Numbered from the stretch's first letter, positions 50,415 through 60,119 are shown. The stretch is 64,000 nt of DNA from an uncultured Alphaproteobacteria bacterium (GCA_902590895.1 CACIYM010000001.1:160555-224554); one strand, 5' to 3'. The notes: generated by a model from the sequence alone, not told the origin. Numbers and translations are program-made.

Positions 50415-50883
50415 AGGAAGATTCGCTGTTACATCTTTAGTTGATATGGCGATAAATTCAACTGGTAACAGGCCGATAAGTTTATCCGAAATTTCTCAAA
50501 GACAGAATATTTCTATAAATTTCCTTGAACAAATCTTTTCTTCGTTAAAAAAAAAAGGAATTGTTAAAAGCATCAGAGGTCCGTTGGGTGGGTATATTTT
50601 TGCCAAGGACCCTTCATTCATTATGATTTATGACGTTATCAATGCAACTGATGAAGAACTCAAGATTACAAGATGTAAAGGAATAGAGACTAGCTGTCTT
50701 TCCACAAAAAAAAAATCTAAGTGTTTGACACATAATCTGTGGAATAATTTGACTAATCATATTTCCTCTTTCTTAAGTTCGGTATCGATCAAAGATGTAT
50801 CTAATGATAGTTACGAGTCTTTTTTTAAATTGAAAGATAAGGAAGGGTTCAGAGACAATAATTCGAGAAATAATTATTTATGA
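50398..50883 (+). CDS. iscR: Rrf2-family transcriptional regulator, IscR-like
   Basis: MKLTSKGRFAVTSLVDMA Rrf2 N-terminal HTH. Cysteines at positions 92, 100 and 109 of the protein (TRCKG, SCLS, SKCLTHNLW). Immediately upstream of iscS. Confidence 0.8.
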   Translation: MKLTSKGRFAVTSLVDMAINSTGNRPISLSEISQRQNISINFLEQIFSSLKKKGIVKSIRGPLGGYIFAKDPSFIMIYDVINATDEELKITRCKGIETSCLSTKKKSKCLTHNLWNNLTNHISSFLSSVSIKDVSNDSYESFFKLKDKEGFRDNNSRNNYL

Positions 50884-50952
50884 GTAATATGGAATTTATA
50901 ATTGTAATTAAAAAATTTTTACCCAAATAGTCCCTAAGGAAGGTTTATAAAC

Positions 50953-52167
50953 ATGATTAAAAACATTTATTTCGATTATCAAGCTACAACCCCAGTTGAT
51001 CCAAGAGTAATAGATAAAATGATACCTTATTTTGGAGAAATTTATGGAAACCCTCACTCAAGAAACCATTCCTACGGATGGGAAGCAGAGGAGGCTGTGG
51101 AGATTGCGAGGGAAAATGTTGCGAATATTATTGGAGCAAATCCTAAAGAAATAATTTTTACTTCAGGTGCAACCGAATCTAACAACTTGGCAATCAAAGG
51201 TTTGGCAGATTTTTACGGTGATAAAAAAAACCACATTATCACCTGTGTAACTGAACATAAATGTGTATTAGAATCCTGTAGATTTTTATCAGAAAAAAAA
51301 GGGTTTAAAGTAACATATCTTCCTGTAAAATCAGACGGCTTGATTGATTTAAAAGAACTAAAAAATGCAATTACATCAAAAACTTTGTTGGTTTCCATCA
51401 TGGGGGTCCACAACGAAATTGGTGTAATTCAGCCATTAGAGGAAATCGGAGAAATCTGTAAAAAAAATGATGTATTTTTTCATACAGATTGTGCTCAAGC
51501 AATAGGTAAAATTCCATTAGATGTAAATCAGATGAATATCGACTTGATGAGTATATCAGGTCATAAAATATATGCTCCAAAGGGAGTAGGTGCACTTTAT
51601 GTAAGAAGAAAGCCTAGAGTTAGGATATCCGCTATGATGAGTGGTGGTGGGCAAGAAAGAGGTATGAGGTCAGGTACTTTATCTCCAGCTCTTTGTGTGG
51701 GATTAGGTGAGGCATGTAAAATTTATTCAGAAGAAATGGAAACTGAGAATAAAAAACTTGAAAAGCTCAAAAACGCTTTCCTTGAAGGTATCAGAAGTAG
51801 TTGTGATGAAATCTATCTTAACGGTTCTGAAGAGAAAAGAGTTCCTGGAAACTTAAACTTAAGTTTTGCTTATATCGAAGGAGAATCACTTATGATGGGA
51901 ATTAAAAATCTCGCTGTTTCATCAGGTTCAGCATGCACCTCTGCATCTCTTGAACCTTCATATGTTCTTAAGGCTCTTGGAGTGGAAGAAGAACTAGCAC
52001 ACACAAGTCTTAGAATAGGTCTTGGTAGATTTACAACAGAAGAAGATGTAAAACATGCTGTAAACAAAATAGTAAGTGAAGTGAAAAGGTTGAGAGCTCT
52101 AAGCCCACTTTGGGAAATGGCCCAAGATGGAGTTGACTTAACTAAAATAAACTGGGCTGCCCATTAA
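50953..52167 (+). CDS. iscS: Cysteine desulfurase
   Basis: [16 protein letters not shown]-terminus, PLP-lysine [15 protein letters not shown], and active-site loop SSGSACTS. 404 aa. Confidence 0.95.
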   Translation: MIKNIYFDYQATTPVDPRVIDKMIPYFGEIYGNPHSRNHSYGWEAEEAVEIARENVANIIGANPKEIIFTSGATESNNLAIKGLADFYGDKKNHIITCVTEHKCVLESCRFLSEKKGFKVTYLPVKSDGLIDLKELKNAITSKTLLVSIMGVHNEIGVIQPLEEIGEICKKNDVFFHTDCAQAIGKIPLDVNQMNIDLMSISGHKIYAPKGVGALYVRRKPRVRISAMMSGGGQERGMRSGTLSPALCVGLGEACKIYSEEMETENKKLEKLKNAFLEGIRSSCDEIYLNGSEEKRVPGNLNLSFAYIEGESLMMGIKNLAVSSGSACTSASLEPSYVLKALGVEEELAHTSLRIGLGRFTTEEDVKHAVNKIVSEVKRLRALSPLWEMAQDGVDLTKINWAAH

Positions 52168-52187
52168 TTTTTTGAAAGGAGAAAAAA

Positions 52188-52571
52188 ATGGCATATAGTA
52201 AAAATCTTATTGATCATTACGAGAACCCAAGAAATGTCGGTTCCATGGACAAGGAATCAAAAGAGGTTGGAACTGGTTTAGTTGGAGCACCAGCATGCGG
52301 AGATGTAATGAAACTTCAGATAAAGGTTAGCAATTCTGGAATTATTGAAGACGCAAAATTTAAAACCTTTGGCTGTGGCTCAGCAATAGCTTCCAGCTCC
52401 TTAATCACTGAATGGGTAAAAGGAAAAAGCGTTGATGAGGCTCACTCAATAAAGAATACAGAAATCGCTAATCATTTAGCCTTACCTCCTGTTAAAATCC
52501 ATTGCTCAGTTTTAGCTGAAGATGCAATTAAAGCAGCTATTGCTGATTACAAAGATAAAAATAAAAAATAA
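52188..52571 (+). CDS. iscU: Fe-S cluster assembly scaffold
   Basis: HYENPRNVGS, GAPACGDVMKL, C-terminal LPPVKIHCS motifs. 127 aa. Confidence 0.95.
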   Translation: MAYSKNLIDHYENPRNVGSMDKESKEVGTGLVGAPACGDVMKLQIKVSNSGIIEDAKFKTFGCGSAIASSSLITEWVKGKSVDEAHSIKNTEIANHLALPPVKIHCSVLAEDAIKAAIADYKDKNKK

Positions 52572-52895
52572 ATGTTAAACGTAACCCCAAGTGCTGTAAA
52601 CCATATTAAAGAAATGATTTCCTCAAGAGGAAAAAACACGCTTGGTATAAAAGTCGGTATCAATACAAAGGGATGTTCAGGTCTTTCTTACACAATGGAG
52701 TTTGTAGATCAAATAGACGACAGCGACGAGATGATTGTGATCGACGATGTCAAAATATTTATCGATAAAAAAGCTTCACTTTTTTTGATAGGTACAGAAA
52801 TGGATTACGAAAAAGGTGAGTTGGAATCAGGTTTTAAATTCATCAATCCCAATGAAAAGGGAAGATGTGGCTGTGGTGAATCCTTTCACGTCTAA
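52572..52895 (+). CDS. iscA: Iron-sulfur cluster insertion protein (A-type carrier)
   Basis: C-terminal CGCGESF motif and an internal Cys (KGCSGLSY). 107 aa. Confidence 0.9.
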   Translation: MLNVTPSAVNHIKEMISSRGKNTLGIKVGINTKGCSGLSYTMEFVDQIDDSDEMIVIDDVKIFIDKKASLFLIGTEMDYEKGELESGFKFINPNEKGRCGCGESFHV

Positions 52896-52901
52896 AGCTT
52901 A

Positions 52902-53480
52902 ATGGAGGTCAATATTCCATGTTGGAATTGCCAAACTGAAACCAAAGTTGTCAACTTTCGTTGCAGCTTTTGCAAAATGATCCAAAATATAAGTAAAACA
53001 AACCCCTACGACATATTCAATTTAAATCAAAGTTATTTAATTGATATTGAGGAGTTAGAAATGAAATATTGTGAACTACAAAATATTTTTCACCCAGATA
53101 AATTTATAAATTCAACTGAGAAGGAAAAGGAAATATCAGCTTATGAATCATCTAATATTAATAATGCATATAATTTATTGTTGAATAATGTTGATAGAAT
53201 TAAAATTTTATTAAAACTTAAAGGATATAATACCAATTCAAATAATGAAAAGTCCTTTACTGATAAAGATTTATTAGAGGAGATTATGGAATTACAAAAT
53301 AGGTGTATGTCAATTGAAAACGAAAATCAAAAAGTTAAAATCAAAACTGAAATTATCGAAAAAATAAGAATAATTGAATCAGAAATAAATCAAAATTTTG
53401 AAAAAAAAGAATTTTCTGAAATAAAAAATCTAAGTGTCAAACTTTCTTATTTAGAAAAAATCAAAAAAAATTTAAACTAA
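52902..53480 (+). CDS. hscB: Fe-S protein assembly co-chaperone
   Basis: J-domain HPDKF motif near the N-terminus plus a helical C-domain. 192 aa. Lies between iscA and hscA. Confidence 0.8.
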   Translation: MEVNIPCWNCQTETKVVNFRCSFCKMIQNISKTNPYDIFNLNQSYLIDIEELEMKYCELQNIFHPDKFINSTEKEKEISAYESSNINNAYNLLLNNVDRIKILLKLKGYNTNSNNEKSFTDKDLLEEIMELQNRCMSIENENQKVKIKTEIIEKIRIIESEINQNFEKKEFSEIKNLSVKLSYLEKIKKNLN

Positions 53481-53481
53481 A

Positions 53482-55269
53482 ATGAACTTAATAAACATTG
53501 ATGAGCCAAATAAAAAACCCTTAACCTCTAAATGTTTAGGCATTGATTTTGGAACAACAAATTCTGTCTGCTCTGTAAAAATTGGAGAAAAAGTAATTTT
53601 TATAGAGGATTCAAAAAGAATGAACTTAATACCATCCATAGTTTGTTTTGATAAAACTGTTAAGGTAGGAAATGATATAGATCTTGAAAAAAATTTACAG
53701 AACTCTATTTTTTCCATAAAAAGGTTTTTTACTAGCAACCCCGATGGTCAAATTGTTATTAATTCAAATAGTGATTGTTTATCGCCTGTAGAGATTGCTA
53801 AAGAAATTTTTTCCCATTTAAAAAAAATCTGTAATGACTTTTTAGATGAGGAGGTAAATGACTGTATTATAACCGTCCCAGCTTATTATGATGAAAGGGC
53901 TAGGTCAGGTATAATGAGATCAGCATTAATGTCTGGCTTTAATGTAAGGAGGCTAATAAATGAACCAACAGCCGCTGCCTTCGCTTATGGTTTAGATAAA
54001 AAAAAAAGAGGGAAATTTTTAGTTTATGACTTAGGAGGAGGTACTTTTGACGTATCACTATTAAATCTGAAGGATAATCTTTTTAAGGTAATCGGAACCA
54101 GTGGTGATGCAAAATTAGGAGGGGATGATTTAGACCAATTATTACTTGATTATATTTTGAATACATATTTTGACCATATTAAGAATGATCTTTCTAACAT
54201 TGAAAAATTATCTTTAAAAAAAGCCAGCAAATCTATTAAGGAAAAATTACAATCAGTAAATAATATTATTGCTGAGGTTACGATAAAGAACAAAAAAAAA
54301 AATATTGAAATCAATGTAAATGTAATTGAAAAAATCTTTAATGAAATAATAACAAAAACTATTAAAATAACTGATCAGCTTATAAAAGATTGTAATGTAC
54401 AAGTTGATGAAATAGATGGGTTTATTTTAGTTGGTGGTTCAACAAGACTTGCTCTAATTCCAAAAAAAATAAAAGAACATTTTAAAAAAGATATTTACTG
54501 TGAACTGGATCCTGACCGAGTAGTCTCATATGGTGCAGCACTTCATGGTTTTGATTTATTGAACGGTTCAAAAAATCTGTTGCTTGATGTCACTCCACTT
54601 TCACTAGGTATTGAAACAATGGGTGGTCTTATGGAAAAGATAATACCTAGAAATTCAAATATACCAGTAGTTAAGGAACAAACTTTTACTACAAACGAAA
54701 ATGGACAAACTTCAATTAAAATTAGCGTTATTCAAGGCGAAAGAGAAACATCTAACAAAAATACTTTGCTAGGAGAATTTATCTTATCTGATATTGAACC
54801 TAAACCAGCGGGTATACCAAGAATAAAAGTTAGATTTTCTTTGGACGTCGACGGGATTTTGTTTGTTTCAGCAATAGATGAATCTTCTGGTAACGAGAAG
54901 AACTTAGTTATTAAAACAAATAAAGATTTAAATATTACAGAAATGAAAAAACTTGTAGAGTCAAGTATTAAAAATGCTAAAGAAGACATGGATACTAGAT
55001 TACTAATTGAATCTAAAATAAAAGCGTCTCGATTAATTAATGAAATTGAAAATGTCAAAGACCAAATAGAAACTCTGTGTACAAAAAAAGATATAGAAAA
55101 TATAAATAAAACTTCTAATATGCTTAAAAAGGAAATGAAGACTAATGATAAAGAACGTATTGAGACTTTAACTGATAACTTGAATGAGAAAACAAAGAAT
55201 TTTGCACAAAAATTAATTGATAAAAATTTTAAAAACTTTGTTGGAAAAGACCTAGATGTATTGGAGTAG
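53482..55269 (+). CDS. hscA: Fe-S protein assembly chaperone (Hsp70 family)
   Basis: Hsp70 ATPase motifs (GIDFGTTNS, DLGGGTFD, LVGGSTR). 595 aa. Confidence 0.9.
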   Translation: MNLINIDEPNKKPLTSKCLGIDFGTTNSVCSVKIGEKVIFIEDSKRMNLIPSIVCFDKTVKVGNDIDLEKNLQNSIFSIKRFFTSNPDGQIVINSNSDCLSPVEIAKEIFSHLKKICNDFLDEEVNDCIITVPAYYDERARSGIMRSALMSGFNVRRLINEPTAAAFAYGLDKKKRGKFLVYDLGGGTFDVSLLNLKDNLFKVIGTSGDAKLGGDDLDQLLLDYILNTYFDHIKNDLSNIEKLSLKKASKSIKEKLQSVNNIIAEVTIKNKKKNIEINVNVIEKIFNEIITKTIKITDQLIKDCNVQVDEIDGFILVGGSTRLALIPKKIKEHFKKDIYCELDPDRVVSYGAALHGFDLLNGSKNLLLDVTPLSLGIETMGGLMEKIIPRNSNIPVVKEQTFTTNENGQTSIKISVIQGERETSNKNTLLGEFILSDIEPKPAGIPRIKVRFSLDVDGILFVSAIDESSGNEKNLVIKTNKDLNITEMKKLVESSIKNAKEDMDTRLLIESKIKASRLINEIENVKDQIETLCTKKDIENINKTSNMLKKEMKTNDKERIETLTDNLNEKTKNFAQKLIDKNFKNFVGKDLDVLE

Positions 55270-55274
55270 ATTTT

Positions 55275-55607
55275 ATGACTAAAATAGTTTTTATTGAAGC
55301 AGATGGAAAAGAAAAAGAGATTGATGCACAAAATGGGTTATCTCTTTTAGAAGTCGCGCATAATAACGGAATTTCATTAGAAGGAGCATGTGAAGGATCT
55401 CTTGCGTGTTCAACATGCCATATAATTTTGGAAAAAAATATTTTCGAAAAACTTCCTGAACCATCAGAAGAAGAGGAGGACATGCTTGATCTAGCTTGGG
55501 GACTTACCCATACATCAAGATTAGGATGTCAGATTATAATTGATGATTCTCTCGAGGGTATGCGAGTAAAGGTTCCTTCTGGAACTAGAAATATGAGTAT
55601 AGACTAA
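55275..55607 (+). CDS. fdx: [2Fe-2S] ferredoxin, ISC-type
   Basis: Cys ligands CEGSLACSTCH....C in adrenodoxin-type spacing. 110 aa. Confidence 0.9.
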   Translation: MTKIVFIEADGKEKEIDAQNGLSLLEVAHNNGISLEGACEGSLACSTCHIILEKNIFEKLPEPSEEEEDMLDLAWGLTHTSRLGCQIIIDDSLEGMRVKVPSGTRNMSID

Positions 55608-55807
55608 TGAAGTTAAAGTGGTCTGATGTTACAGATATCGCCATTCTTCTAGAGGAAAAATACCCTAATGAAGATAACGTGAACCTCAGGTTTACTGATT
55701 TACATAAATGGGTTGTGAATTTGAATGAATTTGTTGATAACCCTGATGCCTCTAACGAGAAAATTCTTGAGGCAATCCAAATGGCATGGATAGATGAGAG
55801 AGATTAA
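55607..55807 (+). CDS. iscX: Fe-S assembly protein IscX (YfhJ family)
   Basis: 66 aa and acidic. LKWSDVTDIAILLEEKYPNED is IscX-like. Lies directly after fdx with a 1-nt overlap. Confidence 0.75.
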   Translation: MKLKWSDVTDIAILLEEKYPNEDNVNLRFTDLHKWVVNLNEFVDNPDASNEKILEAIQMAWIDERD

Positions 55808-56958
55808 TGCGATTAGATTTTAAAGAGATAAAAAAACTAAATAACCTTCCTCAGTTTGGTTCTCGAGTAGTTGTTGCTATGTCAGGAGGGGTTGATTCAT
55901 CGGTAACCGCAGCATTGTTGCACCATGCAGGATATGAGGTGTTAGGTGTAACAATGAAACTCTATGAAGGTAAAAAAAGCGGAACAAAAACATGTTGTGC
56001 TGGTGTTGATATTGCTGACGCAAGAGCAACTTGCAAAAAGTTAGGAATAAAGCATTATATTTTAAATTTTGAGAATAATTTTAAAGAATCAGTAATTAAC
56101 GACTTTATTGAAAGTTACATAAATGGTCAAACTCCAATTCCATGTATAAAGTGTAATCAAACTGTTAAATTTACTGATTTGATTGATTTCTCTAAGAAGT
56201 TAAACTCAAAAATTTTAGTTACAGGTCATTATGTAAAAAGGGTTGAATCACAAGATGGTATTCATCTCTATCAAGCAAATGATGACCTAAAAGATCAAAG
56301 TTATTTTTTATTTGCAACCACTCAAAAACAACTTCAGTTCTTGAGATTTCCGCTTGGTCATTTTACTAAAAAAGAAATAAGAGAAATAGCAGAATTTTAT
56401 AACCTGGAGGTAGCATCAAAACCAGATAGTCAAGATATATGCTTTATTCCTGATGGAAATTATAGAGACTTTATAAAGAAAAATATTAACAACTCATCTA
56501 AAACTGGAAATATTGAAACTGAGGATGGTAAAGTTTTGGGAACCCATAACGGAATTTATGATTTTACAATTGGTCAAAGGAAAGGAATTGGAGTAGGGGG
56601 TATTAGTGGAACAATTAACCATAAACCTTATTATGTTTTAGATATCGATACAAATAACAATAAAGTAATTGTTGGCCCTAAGGAAAATTTAAAAAAATAT
56701 TACGTTTACCTCAGGGATTTAAATTTTTTTTCAAAGAATGTTCCATCTCAAAAATTTAATGCATTTGTAAAGGTTAGATCAAGAAAAAATTTAATATCAG
56801 CGAGAGTTAAAGTCTCAAGTGTTTCAAAAAAAACAGGCATAGTACAACTATTAGAACCAGAATTTGGAATAGCCCCGGGTCAAGCATGCGTATTTTACAA
56901 TAATATGAAAAAAGTAATAGGCGGAGGTTGGATAACTGCTGGAGAAAAAAAAATTTAA
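55807..56958 (+). CDS. mnmA: tRNA-specific 2-thiouridylase
   Basis: PP-loop VVVAMSGGVDSSV and catalytic Cys regions. 383 aa. Confidence 0.9.
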   Translation: MRLDFKEIKKLNNLPQFGSRVVVAMSGGVDSSVTAALLHHAGYEVLGVTMKLYEGKKSGTKTCCAGVDIADARATCKKLGIKHYILNFENNFKESVINDFIESYINGQTPIPCIKCNQTVKFTDLIDFSKKLNSKILVTGHYVKRVESQDGIHLYQANDDLKDQSYFLFATTQKQLQFLRFPLGHFTKKEIREIAEFYNLEVASKPDSQDICFIPDGNYRDFIKKNINNSSKTGNIETEDGKVLGTHNGIYDFTIGQRKGIGVGGISGTINHKPYYVLDIDTNNNKVIVGPKENLKKYYVYLRDLNFFSKNVPSQKFNAFVKVRSRKNLISARVKVSSVSKKTGIVQLLEPEFGIAPGQACVFYNNMKKVIGGGWITAGEKKI

Positions 56959-57030
56959 GTAAGTTGTATAAAAAACAAATTTACAAAATGTTCTAATTAA
57001 TTTATTTACTAAATTATAAAAATATTAACT

Positions 57031-57058
57031 TTGACTGATTAATTTTTTTTACTATCAT
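57031..57058 (+). promoter_or_regulatory. Candidate sigma70-type promoter for the tRNA gene (TTGACT-16 nt-TATCAT)
   Basis: TTGACT at 57031-57036 and TATCAT at 57053-57058, read directly from the sequence, 21 nt upstream of the tRNA 5' end. Found by hexamer pattern matching only. Confidence 0.25.
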
Positions 57059-57078
57059 TCAAAAAAAATTATATTTAA

Positions 57079-57155
57079 GGCGGAGTAGCTCAGGTGGTTA
57101 GAGCAGCGGAATCATAATCCGCGTGTCGGGGGTTCAAGTCCCTCCTCCGCTACCA
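57079..57155 (+). tRNA. tRNA with CAU anticodon (elongator tRNA-Met or tRNA-Ile2/lysidine; not initiator)
   Basis: Manual cloverleaf: acceptor GGCGGAG/CTCCGCT (G1:U72), D-arm GCTC..GAGC, anticodon stem GCGGA/TCCGC with loop AUCAUAA (U33, CAU), T-arm GGGGG-TTCAAGT-CCCTC, and an encoded CCA. A31:U39 and the absence of a C1:A72 mismatch argue against tRNA-fMet. Confidence 0.85.
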
Positions 57156-57355
57156 AAAACTGAGAGAGTAAGTGTCAAACTTCTCAAAACAACAGAACAG
57201 CCAAATAAAATCTTAAACATTTTTTTATATATAAATGTGTCAGACAAAGTGTTCATCAAGTCCTATCAATAGTTATGAGGATTATGAGTATTAAGATTAT
57301 CTTGTAATCAAAATGCGAACTTAAATGACGAATTAGACTAAGAAAAAGTTTAATT

Positions 57356-58285
57356 TTAATTAGTCATGAGTTTTTTTAAGTTTAAAACCCAACCGTTTGA
57401 ACCAGAAAGAATATCATAATCAACATTTTTTAAATTTTTAACTAGTCTTTTCATTCCTAAATAAGTTTTAGGTTTATCATATTTTGCTCCAAGCGCATCA
57501 AATGTGTCCATTATTGCCCATTGAACTTTTTCATTTTCTGATATTTGCATATAAAAATAATTGTAGCAGCAAATTGGGACTAACCCTGACAAATATACAC
57601 CATAAGGTAACTTTTTTATAAAAGTATCAATTGGTAACCATTTTGGAATAAACCATTTCAAAGTTTTTAATAACAAATAAGGAGGTAGTCTTTTGGTAAA
57701 TGGTCTATATAAATATTTCGTTGTGACTGATGCATAGGGGTAAAAATAAACTTTATACCAGTCAATTGATAATGCACCATTGTCTTTTAAAAAACTTAAT
57801 AAGATGTTAAATGCACTATTACCATCAGGAAGGTGTTGTAAAACTCCATAGCAGAAAATGAAATCAAAATATTTTTTTTTAAAAGGCATATTATAAATAG
57901 AAGTCTTAAAAAAATTAATATTTTTAGATTGATTGTTTTTGGCATTAACGAAAATAGCATCAGATAAATCTACTGAACTTAATTTGCAACCCGTTTTTTT
58001 GAATATTTCGGTAAACCTGCCAGCACCACTCCCAACTTCTAAAACTCTTTTACCTTTTAATTCTTTTTCTGTCCATTTAGTGTTTTTAAAAAGTCTTTAG
58101 AAAGTTGTTTGTTGATTAGTGTAAGAATCAAACTGAGTTTTTTGAAATGTTTGCCATTGTAAAGAAAAGTTATCTACGACTTTTTCCTCAGAATTTGCAA
58201 TTTCTGATGAAATGTAAACACCTTTTTTTAAGATATATCTTTTTTTAAACCTTGGGTTTAATTCATAAGGGCTATTAGAATTCAT
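57356..58285 (-). pseudogene. Class I SAM-dependent methyltransferase interrupted by an in-frame TAA (58097-58099)
   Basis: The 62-aa ORF (58285->58097) and the 177-aa ORF (57889->57356) lie in the same frame. Translating through the stop gives ...TNQQTTF*RLFKNTKWTEKELKGKRVLEVGSGAGRFTEIFKKTGCKLSSVDLSD...NMPFKKKYFDFIFCYGVLQHL. The SAM-binding motif I (VLEVGSGAG) therefore falls between the two ORFs and is excluded from both. Confidence 0.55.
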
Positions 58286-58637
58286 TCAAAAATTATACTT
58301 TGAATAAAAGATTAGTATAGTACTAAAGCTTTTAGTGATAAAAAGTTTAAAATAAATTCTACATCATTAATATAATCAGCGAAATGAGAGTTCCTATTAT
58401 TATAAATCTAAACATCATTATTGATACCTCTTAAAATAATTAAACTGAGATTCCTTTATACTTTTCATATTAAAGTTTAAATTATGTTAACCGTAGTATC
58501 AAATGATCCATATTTCAATATTTATGAATTATGAAGACATAATTGCATTTAAAAACTATTTTTAATAAAAAGAGTATTGTAATAAAATAAAAAGTTTAAA
58601 AATTTCAATTTGTTTTTTAAGTTATAAGCAAGGATTT

Positions 58638-58970
58638 ATGCAAAAAAAAAGTATATACACAACAAGCTTTCTTCTAACACTTTTTTATTGTTTTTTTTTA
58701 CAAGCATCTATTTTAAAAAATTTTTTTGAGTCTCCATTTACAGAATTCTGCTCTGATAATCAGAAAGATAACGAAAATAATAATAACATAGACAATTTAT
58801 GTAGTTATTATTGTTGTTTAGGAAAATCTGATGATTTATATTTTGAAAAAGATTTTTCTCTTGAATTTCTTAAAATCTCAACGCCTTCCATTTCTTTTTT
58901 TAAAGAGTTTAACTTTAACCTTTTTTTTGATCCAAAAAATAATTCTCCTCCAAAAATTCAATTAGTTTAA
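58638..58970 (+). CDS. Small secreted Cys-containing hypothetical protein (110 aa)
   Basis: N-terminal hydrophobic signal-like segment TTSFLLTLFYCFFLQA. Cys cluster FCSD...NLCSYYCCLGK. Confidence 0.3.
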   Translation: MQKKSIYTTSFLLTLFYCFFLQASILKNFFESPFTEFCSDNQKDNENNNNIDNLCSYYCCLGKSDDLYFEKDFSLEFLKISTPSISFFKEFNFNLFFDPKNNSPPKIQLV

Positions 58971-59007
58971 CAATTTTTTTAAATCTAATTAATTCTAGGA
59001 GTATGAA

Positions 59008-60048
59008 ATGTTTTTACTTATTTTCTTTTTTTTAACTTTTTCATTTGAAAAAAATCTAAACGCTGATGAAATTCAATTTGCAGATAGTCATGGACCAATT
59101 ACAGTCATGGGCGATCATCTTCACAAAAAAAATGAATTAATGTTTTCACTACGTTTTAGTAAGATGAATATGGATGGCATGTTAAGTGGTAATAATGTTA
59201 TATCTGCAAATTCAGTAATGTCCGCTCCAAATGGAGCTTCTGATGAATCAGGCACTTATATGAATGCGCCAATTTTAATGAAGATGAATATGTTTATGTT
59301 TGGAGCGATGTATGCTCCAACAGATAATTTAACCTTAATGGCAATGTCTAGTTTCAATCAAAAAGAAATGATTTCTCAGAGAATGAGAATGAGAGGTGGA
59401 TCAAGATTTAATGTAAATTCCTCTGGAGTAGGGGATACTAGAATCTCAGCTCTAATGAGATTTCTTGAAAATAAATTCGTTAAAACACATTTTGCTTTTG
59501 GACTTAGTCTTCCAACAGGAAGTATTGATGAAAGGGATACAACTCCCTCTTCATTAAATTCTCGATTGGGTTACAGGATGCAAAATGGTTCCGGAACTTT
59601 TGACTCATTTTTTGTTATTAACAATATTAGTGATTTTGGAAAAGTAAAGATAGGAGAACAATTTCAAATAAAAAGACCAATTTCTGGTAATAATTCAAAT
59701 GGTTATCGATATGGTACTTCGATAGATACATCTATATGGTTGTCATATAGATGGAAAAAAAATTTTAGTACATCGTTAAAAATAAATTTTGACTATTTAG
59801 GTAACATAGACGGAGAGGACGATCAGATGAATAAAAGAATGAGCCCAGTAATGGATTCAAAAAATATTGGTCATCAAAAACTAAACCTTAGTTTTGGTTT
59901 TAATTATGTTAATGCTTATGATTACTTCAAAAATAATAGGTTAGCTTTTGAATTGATACTTCCGCTTCATCAAAGAGTCAGGGGTATACAAATGGCTGAT
60001 GATTATAAAATTATGATTGGTTGGCAAAATAGTTTTGAAGGATTTTAG
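59008..60048 (+). CDS. Met/His-rich predicted outer-membrane beta-barrel protein
   Basis: Signal peptide (LLIFFFLTFSF). The mature N-terminus is His-rich (ADSHGPITVMGDHLH). There are about 25 Met residues, concentrated in the first ~140 aa (KMNMDGM, LMKMNMFMFGAMY, RMRMRGG). Alternating amphipathic strands and a C-terminal ...SFEGF ending in Phe fit an OMP beta-signal. Confidence 0.45.
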   Translation: MFLLIFFFLTFSFEKNLNADEIQFADSHGPITVMGDHLHKKNELMFSLRFSKMNMDGMLSGNNVISANSVMSAPNGASDESGTYMNAPILMKMNMFMFGAMYAPTDNLTLMAMSSFNQKEMISQRMRMRGGSRFNVNSSGVGDTRISALMRFLENKFVKTHFAFGLSLPTGSIDERDTTPSSLNSRLGYRMQNGSGTFDSFFVINNISDFGKVKIGEQFQIKRPISGNNSNGYRYGTSIDTSIWLSYRWKKNFSTSLKINFDYLGNIDGEDDQMNKRMSPVMDSKNIGHQKLNLSFGFNYVNAYDYFKNNRLAFELILPLHQRVRGIQMADDYKIMIGWQNSFEGF

Positions 60049-60119
60049 AAGTGAATTTTTTATGTTTCCTTTGATTTCTATGACTTGTTAAATATACAAT
60101 TATTTAGTAATATCGTATT

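Noticed and set aside
54732-55483. Antisense ORFs 54732..55331 and 55229..55483 (-) overlapping hscA/fdx
   Set aside because: They are opposite strongly supported hscA and fdx and have no motif content.
57079-57155. Initiator tRNA-fMet assignment for the CAU tRNA
   Set aside because: The anticodon stem has A31:U39 rather than three consecutive G:C pairs. Positions 1:72 are G:U rather than the C:A mismatch typical of bacterial initiators. Elongator Met or lysidine-Ile2 cannot be separated by eye.
57156-57200. Possible terminator hairpin right after the tRNA (GAGAGAG...CTTCTC)
   Set aside because: The arms are not properly complementary (GAGAAG would be needed), and no clear U-tract follows. 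It is too weak to call.
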